Source of the DNA: Lysobacteraceae bacterium | Lineage (GTDB): Bacteria; Pseudomonadota; Gammaproteobacteria; Xanthomonadales; Xanthomonadaceae | Direction: 5' to 3' | DNA length: 35,403 nt | NCBI GenBank assembly: GCA_031400995.1 | Contig: JANNQY010000215.1 | Span: forward strand, 1-35,403 | Notes under the pieces: model-generated | Seen by the model: the letters and a program-made list of their open reading frames with translations, nothing else | What the model was told of the DNA's origin: nothing | The model's database searches: none | Made by a program: the position numbers and the translations under genes | In this document: positions 19,772 through 29,407 of the stretch, one piece after another | How the letters are laid out: each line of letters opens with the position of its first letter | How positions within the stretch are numbered: the first letter of the stretch is position 1

Positions 19772-21898
19772 CTATCGCACCGGCATGCCGGGCAGGGCGC
19801 CGGCGTCCACGTCCAGCAGCACCAGTGCATCGGTGTCGTGGCCGGCGGACAGGATCATGCCCTCGCTGATGCCGAAGCGCATTTTGCGCGGCGCCAAGTT
19901 GGCGACGAACACCACCATGCGACCCACCAGTTTCTCCGGCTCGCCGTAGCTGGCGCGGATGCCGGAGAAAATCTGCCGCTGGCCCAGGTCGCCGGCGTCG
20001 AGCAGGAAGCGCAGGAGCTTGTCCGAGCCGTCCACGAAGCTGCACTCGAGCACTTTGCCCAGGCGCAGGTCGAGTTTGGCGAAATCCTCGATGCCCACCG
20101 TGCTAGGCGTCGCCATCGGGACTGAAGTCCCTCCCACAGAAGCGGGTGGCGCTGCCCTTGTGGGAGGGGCTTCAGCCCCGATGCTCTTGGCCGGAAGGCT
20201 CGGGACTGAAGTCCCTCCCACAGGGGAATCTGGCTGGCTGGCTTGGGTCATGGCGGCGATCTGCTCGGGCGCGATGCGGGTCATCAGGGCTTCGAAGGGT
20301 GCGATGCGGTGGGCCAATAGTGGCTGCGTCACGTCTTCCCAGTGGGCCACCGGGGCCCGCAGGAACTGCTCGGCGCGCGCCACCGTGGCCGGCAGCACCG
20401 GCTTTAGCGCGGTGGCCAGCAGCCGGAACAGGTTCAGGCCCTGGCTGCAAACAGCCTGCAGCTCGGCATCCGCGCCTTCGCGCTTGGCGATCACCCAGGG
20501 CTTGTGCTCGTCGATGTAGCGGTTGGCCTCGTCGGCCAGCGCCATCACCTGGCGCATGGCCTGGCCCGATTCGTCGCGCGCATAGCTGGCGGCGATCTCG
20601 CTTACTCCCGCCACGAAGCGCTGGTACATGGCCGGATCCGGCAATTGCGCCGCCAATTCGCCATCGAAACGCTTGCTGATGAAGCCGGCGCAGCGGCTGG
20701 CGATGTTGACGAACTTGCCCACCAGGTCGCTGTTCACCCGGGCCACGAAGTCCTCGAGGTTGAGGTCCAGGTCCACCACGCCGGCGCCGGTCTTGGCGGC
20801 GAAGTAGTAGCGCAGGTACTCGGGGTTCAGCCCGGTGTCCAGGTAGGTGCGCGCCATCACGAAGGTGCCGCGCGACTTGGACATCTTGGCGCCGTTCACG
20901 GTGAGGTAGCCGTTCACGTGCAGGCCGGTGGGCGCGCGGTAGCCGGAGCCATGCAGCATGGCCGGCCAGAACAGGCCGTGGAAATTTATGATGTCCTTGC
21001 CCAGGAAATGGTGCATCTCGGTTTCGCCGCCGGCGTTGCGCGCCGCGCTGGTGTAGGCGTCGAAATCCAGCCCCGCGCGCTCGCACAGGGCCGTGAAACA
21101 GGCCAGGTAGCCGATGTGCGCATCCAGCCACACGTAGAAGAACTTGCCAGGCGCGTCGGGAATGGGGAAGCCGAAGTAGGGCGCGTCGCGGCTGATGTCC
21201 CAGTCGCGCAGCCCGCCCTCCAGCCACTCCGCCAGCTTGGCCTTCACCGACGGATGGGCCACGTCGCCCGCCAGCCACTGGCGCAGGAATGCCTCGAACT
21301 TGCCCAGCTCGAAGAAGTAGTGCTCCGAATCGCGCAATTCCGGCGTGGCGCCGGACATCACCGAGCGCGGGTTCTTCAAATCGGTGGGCGAGTAGGCCTT
21401 GCCGCAGACCTCGCAGTTGTCGCCGTACTGGTCGGGCGAGCCGCAGTTGGGGCAGTCGCCCTTGATGTAGCGGTCGGGCAGGAACATCTGCTTCATCGGA
21501 TCGAACAGCTGCTGGATGGAGCGCCGGGCGATGGCCGCCGGGCCGTGCGTGCCGTCGCGCAGGCGGGTGTAGATCTGCGTGGCCAGCGCGCGGTTTTCTT
21601 CCGAATGGGTGGAGTGGTAGTGGTCGAACTCAACGCCGAATGCGGCGAAATCAGCCTCATGGCTGGCCTGGATGGCGCGGATGAAGTCCTCCGGCGACTG
21701 CCCGGCCGCCTCGGCCGCCAGCATGATCGGCGTGCCGTGGGCATCGTCGGCACAGACGAAGTGGACGGTACCGCCGGCCATGCGCCGCGCCCGCACCCAG
21801 ATATCGGCCTGCAGGTAGCCCACCAGGTGGCCCAGGTGCAGGGGACCGTTGGCATACGGCAGGGCAGTGGTGACCAGGGCAGGGCGGGGCGGCGTCAT
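19772..21898 (-). CDS. metG: Methionine--tRNA ligase with C-terminal tRNA-binding domain
   Basis: [13 protein letters not shown], Zn knuckle CPNC...[20 protein letters not shown] and C-terminal FAKLDLR...[15 protein letters not shown]. Confidence 0.97.
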   Translation of the reverse strand: MTPPRPALVTTALPYANGPLHLGHLVGYLQADIWVRARRMAGGTVHFVCADDAHGTPIMLAAEAAGQSPEDFIRAIQASHEADFAAFGVEFDHYHSTHSEENRALATQIYTRLRDGTHGPAAIARRSIQQLFDPMKQMFLPDRYIKGDCPNCGSPDQYGDNCEVCGKAYSPTDLKNPRSVMSGATPELRDSEHYFFELGKFEAFLRQWLAGDVAHPSVKAKLAEWLEGGLRDWDISRDAPYFGFPIPDAPGKFFYVWLDAHIGYLACFTALCERAGLDFDAYTSAARNAGGETEMHHFLGKDIINFHGLFWPAMLHGSGYRAPTGLHVNGYLTVNGAKMSKSRGTFVMARTYLDTGLNPEYLRYYFAAKTGAGVVDLDLNLEDFVARVNSDLVGKFVNIASRCAGFISKRFDGELAAQLPDPAMYQRFVAGVSEIAASYARDESGQAMRQVMALADEANRYIDEHKPWVIAKREGADAELQAVCSQGLNLFRLLATALKPVLPATVARAEQFLRAPVAHWEDVTQPLLAHRIAPFEALMTRIAPEQIAAMTQASQPDSPVGGTSVPSLPAKSIGAEAPPTRAAPPASVGGTSVPMATPSTVGIEDFAKLDLRLGKVLECSFVDGSDKLLRFLLDAGDLGQRQIFSGIRASYGEPEKLVGRMVVFVANLAPRKMRFGISEGMILSAGHDTDALVLLDVDAGALPGMPVR
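20116..20222. repeat. Cluster of three 23-nt REP-like palindromes inside the metG coding sequence
   Basis: TCGGGACTGAAGTCCCTCCCACA at 20116-20138 and 20200-20222; inverted TGTGGGAGGGGCTTCAGCCCCGA at 20159-20181. Same unit as at 29414-29477. Confidence 0.9.
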
Positions 21899-21966
21899 CG
21901 GGGTGGGGTCCTAGCGAGGACGCCATTATCCCAGATTGCAGCGCGTCGGCGGCGCGCGCGGCCCAC

Positions 21967-21995
21967 AAAAAAAGAGCCCGGCTTACGCCGGGCTC
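21967..21995 (-). terminator. Rho-independent terminator of the TonB-dependent receptor gene
   Basis: Minus strand GAGCCCGGC-GTAA-GCCGGGCTC followed by T7, about 25 nt after the stop codon. Confidence 0.92.
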
Positions 21996-22020
21996 CCATC
22001 ACACTGATCCGTTGGAGGGA

Positions 22021-24969
22021 TCAGAAGTCGTACTGCACGCTGAAGTTGAAGCGGCGGCCGAGCGGATCGGCGCCGATGAACGGCTGGTAGAACGGGTAGG
22101 CGTTGAAGCTGTTGTCTTCGCGGTACTGGTTGTCCAGCACGTTGACGATCTGCAGCTGGGTCAGCAGCGTTTCGCCGAAGCGCTTGCTCACCGTCAGGTT
22201 GTAGATCATGTACGGCGGCAGGCGACGCGACTGGAAGGCTCCCGTGATCGGATCCACGTAGTCCACCGTCGCGTTGTTGCCGTTGGAGCCAAAGCGGGTG
22301 CCGAACACCGTGGTCGCCCAGTCGCCCTTGGCCCAGGTGACGCTGCCGCGGGCGCGGCTGCGCTGGCTGAAGTCATAGTCGGTGGCGTCGCGGTAGTCGA
22401 CGAGCGGGTCACCGGCGAACTCCCGGTACTTGTTGGTCAGCACGATCGACCAGCCAAGGTCGGTGCTGATGGTGCCCATCCGATCGGTGTCGTAGCTGTA
22501 GCGGAACGTGGTGTCGACGCCGCTGGTCTCGGTGTTGGCGGTGTTGATGTAGGCCGAGTTCAGACGGTCCACGCGGCCATCCAGGATGGTGCCAGGCGCA
22601 ACCTGGCGGGTAACCAAGTTGGTCACGTTCTGGCAGAAGGCGGAGTTGATGTCGAAAGCCTGTCCGGTCTCGGACGTACCCAGGCGGCAGTTGGCCTCGT
22701 TACGAAGGATGAAGTCGGCGCTGAGCTGGCTGGCCGCATCGTCCAGCGAGATCTTGTAGTAGTCGGACGTCAGCGACATGTTTTCCATGATGTCCCAGAC
22801 GAAACCGGCGGTGAACGACTCGCCTTCCTCTTCTTTGAGCAGCGGGTTGCCGGCGATCAGCGTCTGCGCCGTGTAGCGGGTTGGGTCGTTCACCACGGCC
22901 GCGCACTGGGCGATGGTGCGCGCGGTCGGGCTGCCTGGGCCAGTACCGGAGCGGCACGAGTAATAGTCAGTGACGCCGGCGAACGAAGCGGAACCTTCGG
23001 CGAATACCAGCTGCATGTCCGGCGCGCGGAAGCTGGTGGCATACGACGAGCGCAGCAGCAGGTTCTCGAACGGACGGAACTCCAACCCGGCGTTGTAGGT
23101 GAAGGCGTCGTCCACCTCCGTGATGTCGTCGTACCGGTCATAACGGCCGGCGACCTGGGCGGTGAGCATGCTGGTGATCGGCACCCGGAACTCGGTGCCG
23201 ATCGCGTAGCGGTCGCGCTCGCCGTCGGTGCGGCCGGAGCTGGTGAGGTTGTAGATGGTCTGCGAATCCAGCGGACGGGTCTGGCTGGTGCGCGGATCGC
23301 TCTCGAGCAGGGTGGTCTGGCGACCGATCTCGGCGGTGGCCGCGAAGCCCACCGCGCCGGCCGGCAGATCGAACAGGTCGCCACTCACCACGAAGTTGCC
23401 GTTGGCCGAGGTGGTTTCACCCTCGTTGATCACCCGGGTAGCCACCTGCTGGTACTGCGCCGGCGTGAACGGCGTGGTCCAGCGGGCCTGGTTGAGGCGG
23501 TAGATGGGGTAAATGCCGGTGCCAGTGCCGGCGGCGTTGCTGAAGCCCAGACGCGGGCCGAGGAAGTAGTCGTGCACCGCCTGCGCCAGCAGGCGCGGGC
23601 GGTCGGCGCTGTACTCGTACTCGGAGTACTGCAGCGAGCCTTCCCAATCGAAGCGATCGCCGAAGTCACCCTGCAGGCCGGCCGTGAGGTCATAGGTGGA
23701 CTCGTCATACAGCGTGCTGGCCGCGCGGTTGCCGCCCAGTTCGAACGGGTTGAACACGCGCTGCAGCTGGATCAGGCTGCCGAAGTTGGGATCGTAGTAG
23801 AGCGACGTCGCGGCGCCGGTGGGCGTCTGGTTGAAGCGGTCGCCAGAGGTGCCCCAGAACTCGGTGCCCGAGCTGGACTCGCCGCTGCTTTCGTAATACG
23901 TCGCGCTGGCGAAGAACGTCAGGTCATCGTTGATGTCGAACGTGCCGTAGCCGTAGCCGGAGTAGAACTCGCCCTTGTTGGAGATGGAGCGCGAGGCCGG
24001 CTGGTCGAACGCACCGCAGTAGTTGCCGCGCTGCGGCGTGGTCACCGTGGTGTAATTGAACTGGTCGCAAACGGCTTGGCCGGGGAAGAAGGCATTTTGG
24101 TTCAGGGTGCTGCCCGGCCGCGGGTTGCTGGCGCGGATGGCGATCAGGGACAGCGACGGATTGACGCCGGTGGCGCCGCGGGGGCCGCTGCGGGTGTCTT
24201 CCAAGAAGTCACGCTGGCCAGCGAACACCGGATCATTGACGCCGTACTGCAGCGCGAACGTGGTGCTCCAACGATCGCCCGAGCGGCCGCCGGTGTACTC
24301 GGCGTTGAAGCTATCGCCGCCACCCTCTGCTGTGGTGCCAACGCTGCCGCGGATGCGGTTGCCTTCGAAATTCTCGCGCAGGACGATGTTGACCACGCCG
24401 GCCACGGCGTCGGAGCCGTAGATGGCCGAGGCGCCGCCGGCGAGCACTTCAATGCGCTCCACGATCGACGCCGGGATGGCGCGGATGTTGACCACGTTGT
24501 TGTCGCGGTTGTACGGCTGCGGGTACTGCGCCGGACGGCGGCCGTTGATCAGGGTGAGCGTGTAGCCGGGGCCGAGGTTGCGCAGGTTCACCACCTGGGC
24601 GTTCGGGCTGAAGCCGTTGGTGGCCAGGTCGCCGGTGAAGGAACTGGTGGTGTTCTGGGTCAGGGTTTGCAGCGCGTCCGCGACGGTGCGGAAACCTTCG
24701 CGCTCGAAGTCCTCGCGCGTGATTACGGTGACCGGAGCAGCGCCCTCGAGCTGGGAGCGCTTGATGCGCGAGCCCACCACGGTAACGGCGTCGAGGACGG
24801 CCGTGCCGTCGGCAGCGGCGGCAGCGGCGTCGGCGGCTTTCTCAGCCTCGGTCTTTGCGGCAGTGTCTTGGGCAATCGCCGTGGATGCGAGCGGCAGTGC
24901 AAGCGCCAGCGCCAGCGAGCGGGCCAGCAGGTTCCTGCGGTAGGCAGGCTTGGAAGCAATATTCATCAA
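22021..24969 (-). CDS. TonB-dependent outer membrane receptor (982 aa)
   Basis: Signal peptide, TonB-box LDAVTVVGSRI, plug motifs NLRNLG...TLTLINGRR and IERIEVL.GGASAIYGSDAVAGVVNIV, and a C-terminal Phe (SVQYDF). GGGGAG RBS. Confidence 0.95.
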   Translation of the reverse strand: MMNIASKPAYRRNLLARSLALALALPLASTAIAQDTAAKTEAEKAADAAAAAADGTAVLDAVTVVGSRIKRSQLEGAAPVTVITREDFEREGFRTVADALQTLTQNTTSSFTGDLATNGFSPNAQVVNLRNLGPGYTLTLINGRRPAQYPQPYNRDNNVVNIRAIPASIVERIEVLAGGASAIYGSDAVAGVVNIVLRENFEGNRIRGSVGTTAEGGGDSFNAEYTGGRSGDRWSTTFALQYGVNDPVFAGQRDFLEDTRSGPRGATGVNPSLSLIAIRASNPRPGSTLNQNAFFPGQAVCDQFNYTTVTTPQRGNYCGAFDQPASRSISNKGEFYSGYGYGTFDINDDLTFFASATYYESSGESSSGTEFWGTSGDRFNQTPTGAATSLYYDPNFGSLIQLQRVFNPFELGGNRAASTLYDESTYDLTAGLQGDFGDRFDWEGSLQYSEYEYSADRPRLLAQAVHDYFLGPRLGFSNAAGTGTGIYPIYRLNQARWTTPFTPAQYQQVATRVINEGETTSANGNFVVSGDLFDLPAGAVGFAATAEIGRQTTLLESDPRTSQTRPLDSQTIYNLTSSGRTDGERDRYAIGTEFRVPITSMLTAQVAGRYDRYDDITEVDDAFTYNAGLEFRPFENLLLRSSYATSFRAPDMQLVFAEGSASFAGVTDYYSCRSGTGPGSPTARTIAQCAAVVNDPTRYTAQTLIAGNPLLKEEEGESFTAGFVWDIMENMSLTSDYYKISLDDAASQLSADFILRNEANCRLGTSETGQAFDINSAFCQNVTNLVTRQVAPGTILDGRVDRLNSAYINTANTETSGVDTTFRYSYDTDRMGTISTDLGWSIVLTNKYREFAGDPLVDYRDATDYDFSQRSRARGSVTWAKGDWATTVFGTRFGSNGNNATVDYVDPITGAFQSRRLPPYMIYNLTVSKRFGETLLTQLQIVNVLDNQYREDNSFNAYPFYQPFIGADPLGRRFNFSVQYDF

Positions 24970-25170
24970 AAGGGACTCCCCTGAGTCGTGAGCAGGTCAG
25001 TAATGAGCAGGTTTTTTTCGGATGGGGCCCGCCGGGTTCCGGCGTTGCCTTAACCGGAACGTAACACAACGAGGGGATATTCACGCAAGCAGCTATCCGG
25101 CTTTTGCTTGACGACGGCTGGGTGCGTTCCGCCTTGGGGTGTAAACTCCTGCCAATACAGGAGTTTGCGC

Positions 25171-26256
25171 ATGCTTACGGAAGTAGCGGTACGGTCCCTG
25201 CTCGGGTCTATTCTCGATCCCCACACCGGTCAGGACCTGGTCACCTCTGGCGCCGTACGCGGCGTGGGGCTGGACGGCGGCCGGGTGGCCGTCGAGCTGC
25301 AGCTGGGCTATCCGGCCGCTGGCTGGCATCAGGCCCTGGCCAGCCAGGTGCAAACCGCCGTGGAATCCCTGCCTGGCGCCGTGCAGGCCACCGTGGCCGT
25401 CACCTCCCGGGTCCACGCCCATCGCGTGCAGAAAGATCTCACCCCGCTGCCCCAAGTCCGCAACATTATCGCCGTGGCCTCGGGCAAGGGTGGCGTGGGC
25501 AAGTCCACCACCGCGGTGAACCTGGCGCTGGCCCTGCAGGCCGAGGGCGCCACGGTAGGCGTGCTGGACGCCGACATCTACGGCCCCAGCATCCCCAAGA
25601 TGCTGGGCCTCACCGGCCGGCCGGACAGCCCCGACGGCAAGTCCATCGAGCCCAAGCGCAACCACGGCCTGCAGGCCATGTCCATCGGCCTGCTGGTGGG
25701 CGAGGACACGCCCATGATCTGGCGTGGCCCGATGGTGACCCAGGCCCTGCAACAACTGCTCAACGAAACCCGCTGGGACAACCTGGACTACCTGGTGATC
25801 GACCTGCCGCCGGGCACCGGCGATATCCAGCTCACCCTGTCCCAGCGCGTGCCGGTCTCGGGGGCGGTCATCGTCACCACACCGCAGGACATCGCCACCC
25901 TGGATGCGCGCAAGGCGCTGCAGATGTTCGCCAAGGTGGAGGTGCCGGTGCTGGGCATCGTCGAGAACATGGCCGTGCACGTCTGCAGCCAGTGTGGCCA
26001 CAGCGAACACGTGTTCGGCGCCGGCGGCGGTGAACGCATGGCGGCCCAGTACGACGTACCCCTGCTGGGCTCGCTGCCGCTGGATATCCGCATCCGCGAG
26101 CAGGCCGACAGCGGCACGCCCACCGTGGCGCTGGACCCCGAATCGCCGCTGTCCCTGGCCTATCGCGACATCGCCCGGCGCACCGCGGGGCGGCTGTCGG
26201 TGCAGGCCCGCAACAAGGCCATCGCCTTCCCCAATATCCTCATCCAGAACACCTGA
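25171..26256 (+). CDS. apbC: Iron-sulfur cluster carrier ApbC/Mrp
   Basis: VASGKGGVGKST, DADIYGPS, WRGPM, DLPPGTGD and ENM...CSQC motifs. AGGAG RBS before ATG 25171. Confidence 0.95.
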   Translation: MLTEVAVRSLLGSILDPHTGQDLVTSGAVRGVGLDGGRVAVELQLGYPAAGWHQALASQVQTAVESLPGAVQATVAVTSRVHAHRVQKDLTPLPQVRNIIAVASGKGGVGKSTTAVNLALALQAEGATVGVLDADIYGPSIPKMLGLTGRPDSPDGKSIEPKRNHGLQAMSIGLLVGEDTPMIWRGPMVTQALQQLLNETRWDNLDYLVIDLPPGTGDIQLTLSQRVPVSGAVIVTTPQDIATLDARKALQMFAKVEVPVLGIVENMAVHVCSQCGHSEHVFGAGGGERMAAQYDVPLLGSLPLDIRIREQADSGTPTVALDPESPLSLAYRDIARRTAGRLSVQARNKAIAFPNILIQNT

Positions 26257-26310
26257 GGGCGCGCGGCCAGCTAGAATTGGCCTTTACGCCCCCAGGCAAC
26301 CGAGCCCCGA

Positions 26311-26880
26311 ATGAGTATCAAGTCAGACAAGTGGATCCGCCGCATGGCCGAGCAGCAGGGCATGATCTCGCCCTTCGAACCGGGCCAGGTTAAGCAGGAT
26401 GCCGCCGGCCAGCGCATCGTCAGCTACGGCACCTCCAGCTACGGCTACGACGTGCGCTGCGCGCGCGAGTTCAAGATTTTCACCAACATCAATTCCACCA
26501 TCGTGGACCCGAAGAACTTCGATCCGTCCAGCTTCGTAGACATCGCTGCCGACGTCTGCATCATCCCGCCAAACTCGTTCGCGCTGGCGCGCACGGTGGA
26601 ATTTTTCAAGATTCCGCGCGACACGCTGGTGGTGTGCCTGGGCAAGAGCACCTATGCCCGCTGCGGCATCATTGTCAACGTGACGCCGCTGGAGCCGGAG
26701 TGGGAAGGGCACGTGACGCTGGAATTCAGCAACACCACGCCGCTGCCGGCCAAGATCTACGCTGGCGAGGGCGTGGCGCAGATGCTGTTCTTCCAGTCCG
26801 ACGAAGTCTGCGAGACCTCGTACAAGGACCGCGGCGGCAAGTACCAGGGCCAGACCGGCGTCACCCTGCCCAAGACCTGA
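26311..26880 (+). CDS. dcd: dCTP deaminase
   Basis: [29 protein letters not shown] and PLEPEWEG motifs. Confidence 0.96.
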   Translation: MSIKSDKWIRRMAEQQGMISPFEPGQVKQDAAGQRIVSYGTSSYGYDVRCAREFKIFTNINSTIVDPKNFDPSSFVDIAADVCIIPPNSFALARTVEFFKIPRDTLVVCLGKSTYARCGIIVNVTPLEPEWEGHVTLEFSNTTPLPAKIYAGEGVAQMLFFQSDEVCETSYKDRGGKYQGQTGVTLPKT

Positions 26881-26884
26881 TTGC

Positions 26885-27319
26885 TCAGCCTTCGGCCCGC
26901 TCCGTGGCATTGGGCAGGCCATCGCGCAGTTGTTGCACAAGCGCCTCCCTCTGCGCGGCCGGGTAGGGTGCGCGCACGCCCGCGCCCCACACCGGGCCCG
27001 GCCAAGCCGCATCACCTTCATTGCGCGCCACCACGTGCACGTGCAGCTGGCGCACCACGTTACCCAGCGCGCCCACGTTGAGCTTGTGCACCGGCCCCAG
27101 CGCGCGCAGCAGGCGGCCGGCGAGGTTCACTTCGGCCAGCAGCAGGCGCTGCGAGGCGCCGTCCAGGTCAATCCATTCCACCGCGCCGGGCACCCGCGGC
27201 ACCAGCACCAGCCAAGGGAAGCGCGCGTCATCCACCAGCCGCAGCTGCGACAGCGGGCCCTCGGCCACCAGCACCGAATCGGCGGCCAGCCGCGGATCCA
27301 GCTCCAGCGCTTCGCTCAC
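26885..27319 (-). CDS. HIT family protein
   Basis: LDPRL, FPWLVLVPR, KLNVGALGNVVRQLHVHVVAR and AWPGPVWG motifs. GTG start overlaps the upstream stop. Confidence 0.88.
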   Translation of the reverse strand: MSEALELDPRLAADSVLVAEGPLSQLRLVDDARFPWLVLVPRVPGAVEWIDLDGASQRLLLAEVNLAGRLLRALGPVHKLNVGALGNVVRQLHVHVVARNEGDAAWPGPVWGAGVRAPYPAAQREALVQQLRDGLPNATERAEG

Positions 27320-27978
27320 CGCAGGTTTTTCTGGAAGAAGGCCAGGGTGCGCGTCATCGCCTGCTGCGAGGCCTCGGCGTTGAAGTCGGCGCGCTGGTCG
27401 CAGTTGAAACCGTGGCCGGCGTTGGGCCAGACATGAATCTCAGCGCTTGGCAGCGCCTCGCGGTGTTTTTCCACGTCCTCGGGCGGAATCAGCGGGTCAT
27501 CGGCGCCGAAGTGCAGCATTAGCGGTGCTTTCGGCCGTTCGCGCAGCAGGGGCACCGTGCGGCCGCCGTAGTAGCTCACCGCCGGGATGCCCAGCTTGGT
27601 GTTGGTGTAGTAGGCCACGCTGCCGCCCCAGCAGAAGCCGACCACGCCCACCTTGAATTCGCCTTCGAGGAAATCAAAGGCGCCGCGCACGCCGTCGAGT
27701 GCACCGTTCAAGCCCAGTTCCTCCACGATGGCCCGGCCGCGGGCCACGCCGGCCTCGTCATAGCCCAGTTCGGTGCCCGGATGCAGCAGGTCGAACAAGG
27801 CCGGGGCGATGGCGACATAACCGTAGTTGGCGAAGCGGTCGGCCACCTGGCGGATATGCGAGTTCACGCCGAAAATCTCCTGGACCACGATCAGCGCACC
27901 GCGCGGCGTGACTTTGGGCTTGGCGTGCCAGGCCGAAATACGGCCGTGGCGGGTATTGATGGAAATGGTCTGACTCAT
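27316..27978 (-). CDS. Dienelactone hydrolase family protein
   Basis: QEIFGVN, nucleophile motif GFCWGG, SYYGG and AGHGFNCD. Confidence 0.92.
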   Translation of the reverse strand: MSQTISINTRHGRISAWHAKPKVTPRGALIVVQEIFGVNSHIRQVADRFANYGYVAIAPALFDLLHPGTELGYDEAGVARGRAIVEELGLNGALDGVRGAFDFLEGEFKVGVVGFCWGGSVAYYTNTKLGIPAVSYYGGRTVPLLRERPKAPLMLHFGADDPLIPPEDVEKHREALPSAEIHVWPNAGHGFNCDQRADFNAEASQQAMTRTLAFFQKNLR

Positions 27979-28038
27979 GGCGCGCCCCCCAGCAGTCCAA
28001 TCGATCTAGCGTACACCGGCCCGGCCGCCGGCGAGCGC

Positions 28039-28044
28039 TATAAT
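28039..28044 (+). promoter_or_regulatory. Consensus -10 box upstream of rimO
   Basis: Perfect TATAAT in an otherwise GC-rich divergent intergenic region, 28 nt before the ATG. Confidence 0.55.
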
Positions 28045-28072
28045 CCGCGCCCCTGCCAGCCTCCGGCCCGCC

Positions 28073-29406
28073 ATGTCCGCCAGCAACCCCAAGGTCGGTT
28101 TCGTCAGCCTAGGCTGCCCGAAAGCCCTCGTAGACTCAGAACGCATTCTGACCCAGCTAAGGGCCGAGGGTTACGACATCGTGCCCAGCTACGACGCCGC
28201 CGACGTGGTGGTGGTGAATACCTGCGGCTTCATTGATTCGGCCGTGGCCGAGAGCCTGGACGCGATTGGCGAGGCGCTGGCCGAGAATGGCAAGGTCATC
28301 GTCACCGGCTGCCTGGGCAAGCGCCCGGAGCAGATCCGCGCCGCGCATCCGGGCGTATTGTCCATCAGCGGCCCGCAGGACTACTCCAGCGTGATGAGCG
28401 CGGTGCACGACGCGCTGCCGCCCCGGCACGATCCGTTCGTGAACCTCTGCCCGACTACGGCCTCAAGCTCACGCCCAAGCACTACGCCTACCTGAAGATT
28501 TCCGAGGGCTGCAACCACCGCTGCAGCTTCTGCATCATCCCGTCGATGCGCGGCGACCTGGTGTCGCGCCCGGTGGACGAGGTGCTGCGCGAGGCCGAAA
28601 AGCTGGCCAAGGGCGGCGTGCGCGAGCTGCTGGTGATTTCCCAGGACACCAGCGCCTACGGCGTGGACATGAAGTACGCGCAGCGCGAGTGGCGCGGCAA
28701 GTCCTACCAGACGCGCATGAAGGGCCTGTGCGAAGGCCTGGCGGAACTGGGGCTGTGGACTCGCCTGCACTACGTGTATCCGTATCCGCATGTGGACGAC
28801 ATCATTCCTTTAATGGCCGAGGGCAAGCTGCTGCCCTATCTCGACATCCCGTTCCAGCACGCCAGCCCGCGCATCCTCAAGCTGATGAAGCGGCCGGGCG
28901 CGGTGGACAAGACCCTGGAGCGGATCCAGCGCTGGCGCGAAATCTGCCCGGACATCACCATCCGCAGCACTTTCATCGTTGGCTTCCCGGGCGAAACCGA
29001 AGCCGAGTTCGAGCAGTTGCTGTCCTTCCTGGACCAGGCCGAGCTCGACCGCGTGGGTGCCTTCGCCTATTCGCCGGTGGACGGCGCCAAGGCCAATGGC
29101 TTGCCCGATCCGGTGCCCGAAGAAGTGAAGCACGAGCGGCTGGCGCGGTTCATGGCGCTGCAGGCCGAGATCAGCACCGAGAAGCTGGAGCGCAAGATCG
29201 GCAGCGTGCAGACGGTGCTGGTGGACCAGATTGACGGCGAGCTGGCCATCGGCCGCTCCAAGGCCGACGCCCCGGAAATCGACGGCCTGGTGCAAATCCA
29301 GGACGGTGCCGCGGCGGGCCTGAAGCCCGGCGACTTCTGCGAAGTGCAGATCATGGGCAGCGACGAGCATGACTTGTTCGGGCTCGTAGGCGACCCCGAA
29401 GACTAA
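28073..29406 (+). pseudogene. rimO: Ribosomal protein uS12 methylthiotransferase RimO, broken by a 1-nt deletion near 28446 (true pseudogene or sequence error)
   Basis: Frame 1 has [18 protein letters not shown] and TGCL. After AAC-CT-CTG-CCC the homology continues in the other frame: [36 protein letters not shown]...TRAM domain. Confidence 0.9.
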
Positions 29407-29407
29407 G

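Noticed and set aside
20116-20222. Possible mini-CRISPR array (23-nt repeats with spacers of about 20 nt)
   Set aside because: Units alternate in orientation, spacers are too short, there are no cas genes, and the unit has the GTGG-plus-palindrome REP architecture.
21908-21921. GTCCT/AGGAC hairpin covering a possible metG SD
   Set aside because: Only a 5-bp stem in GC-rich DNA, and no T-box or SAM riboswitch features; too weak to call.
22012-24984. 990-aa plus-strand ORF, and similar long antisense ORFs (675-2417, 5373-6710, 20504-22090, 32205-33860, 34356-35321)
   Set aside because: Shadow frames antisense to well-supported genes. High-GC codon bias suppresses stops, and they have no recognisable motifs.
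28440-28500. Programmed ribosomal frameshift in rimO
   Set aside because: No slippery heptamer, homopolymer or stimulatory structure; a simple indel explains it.
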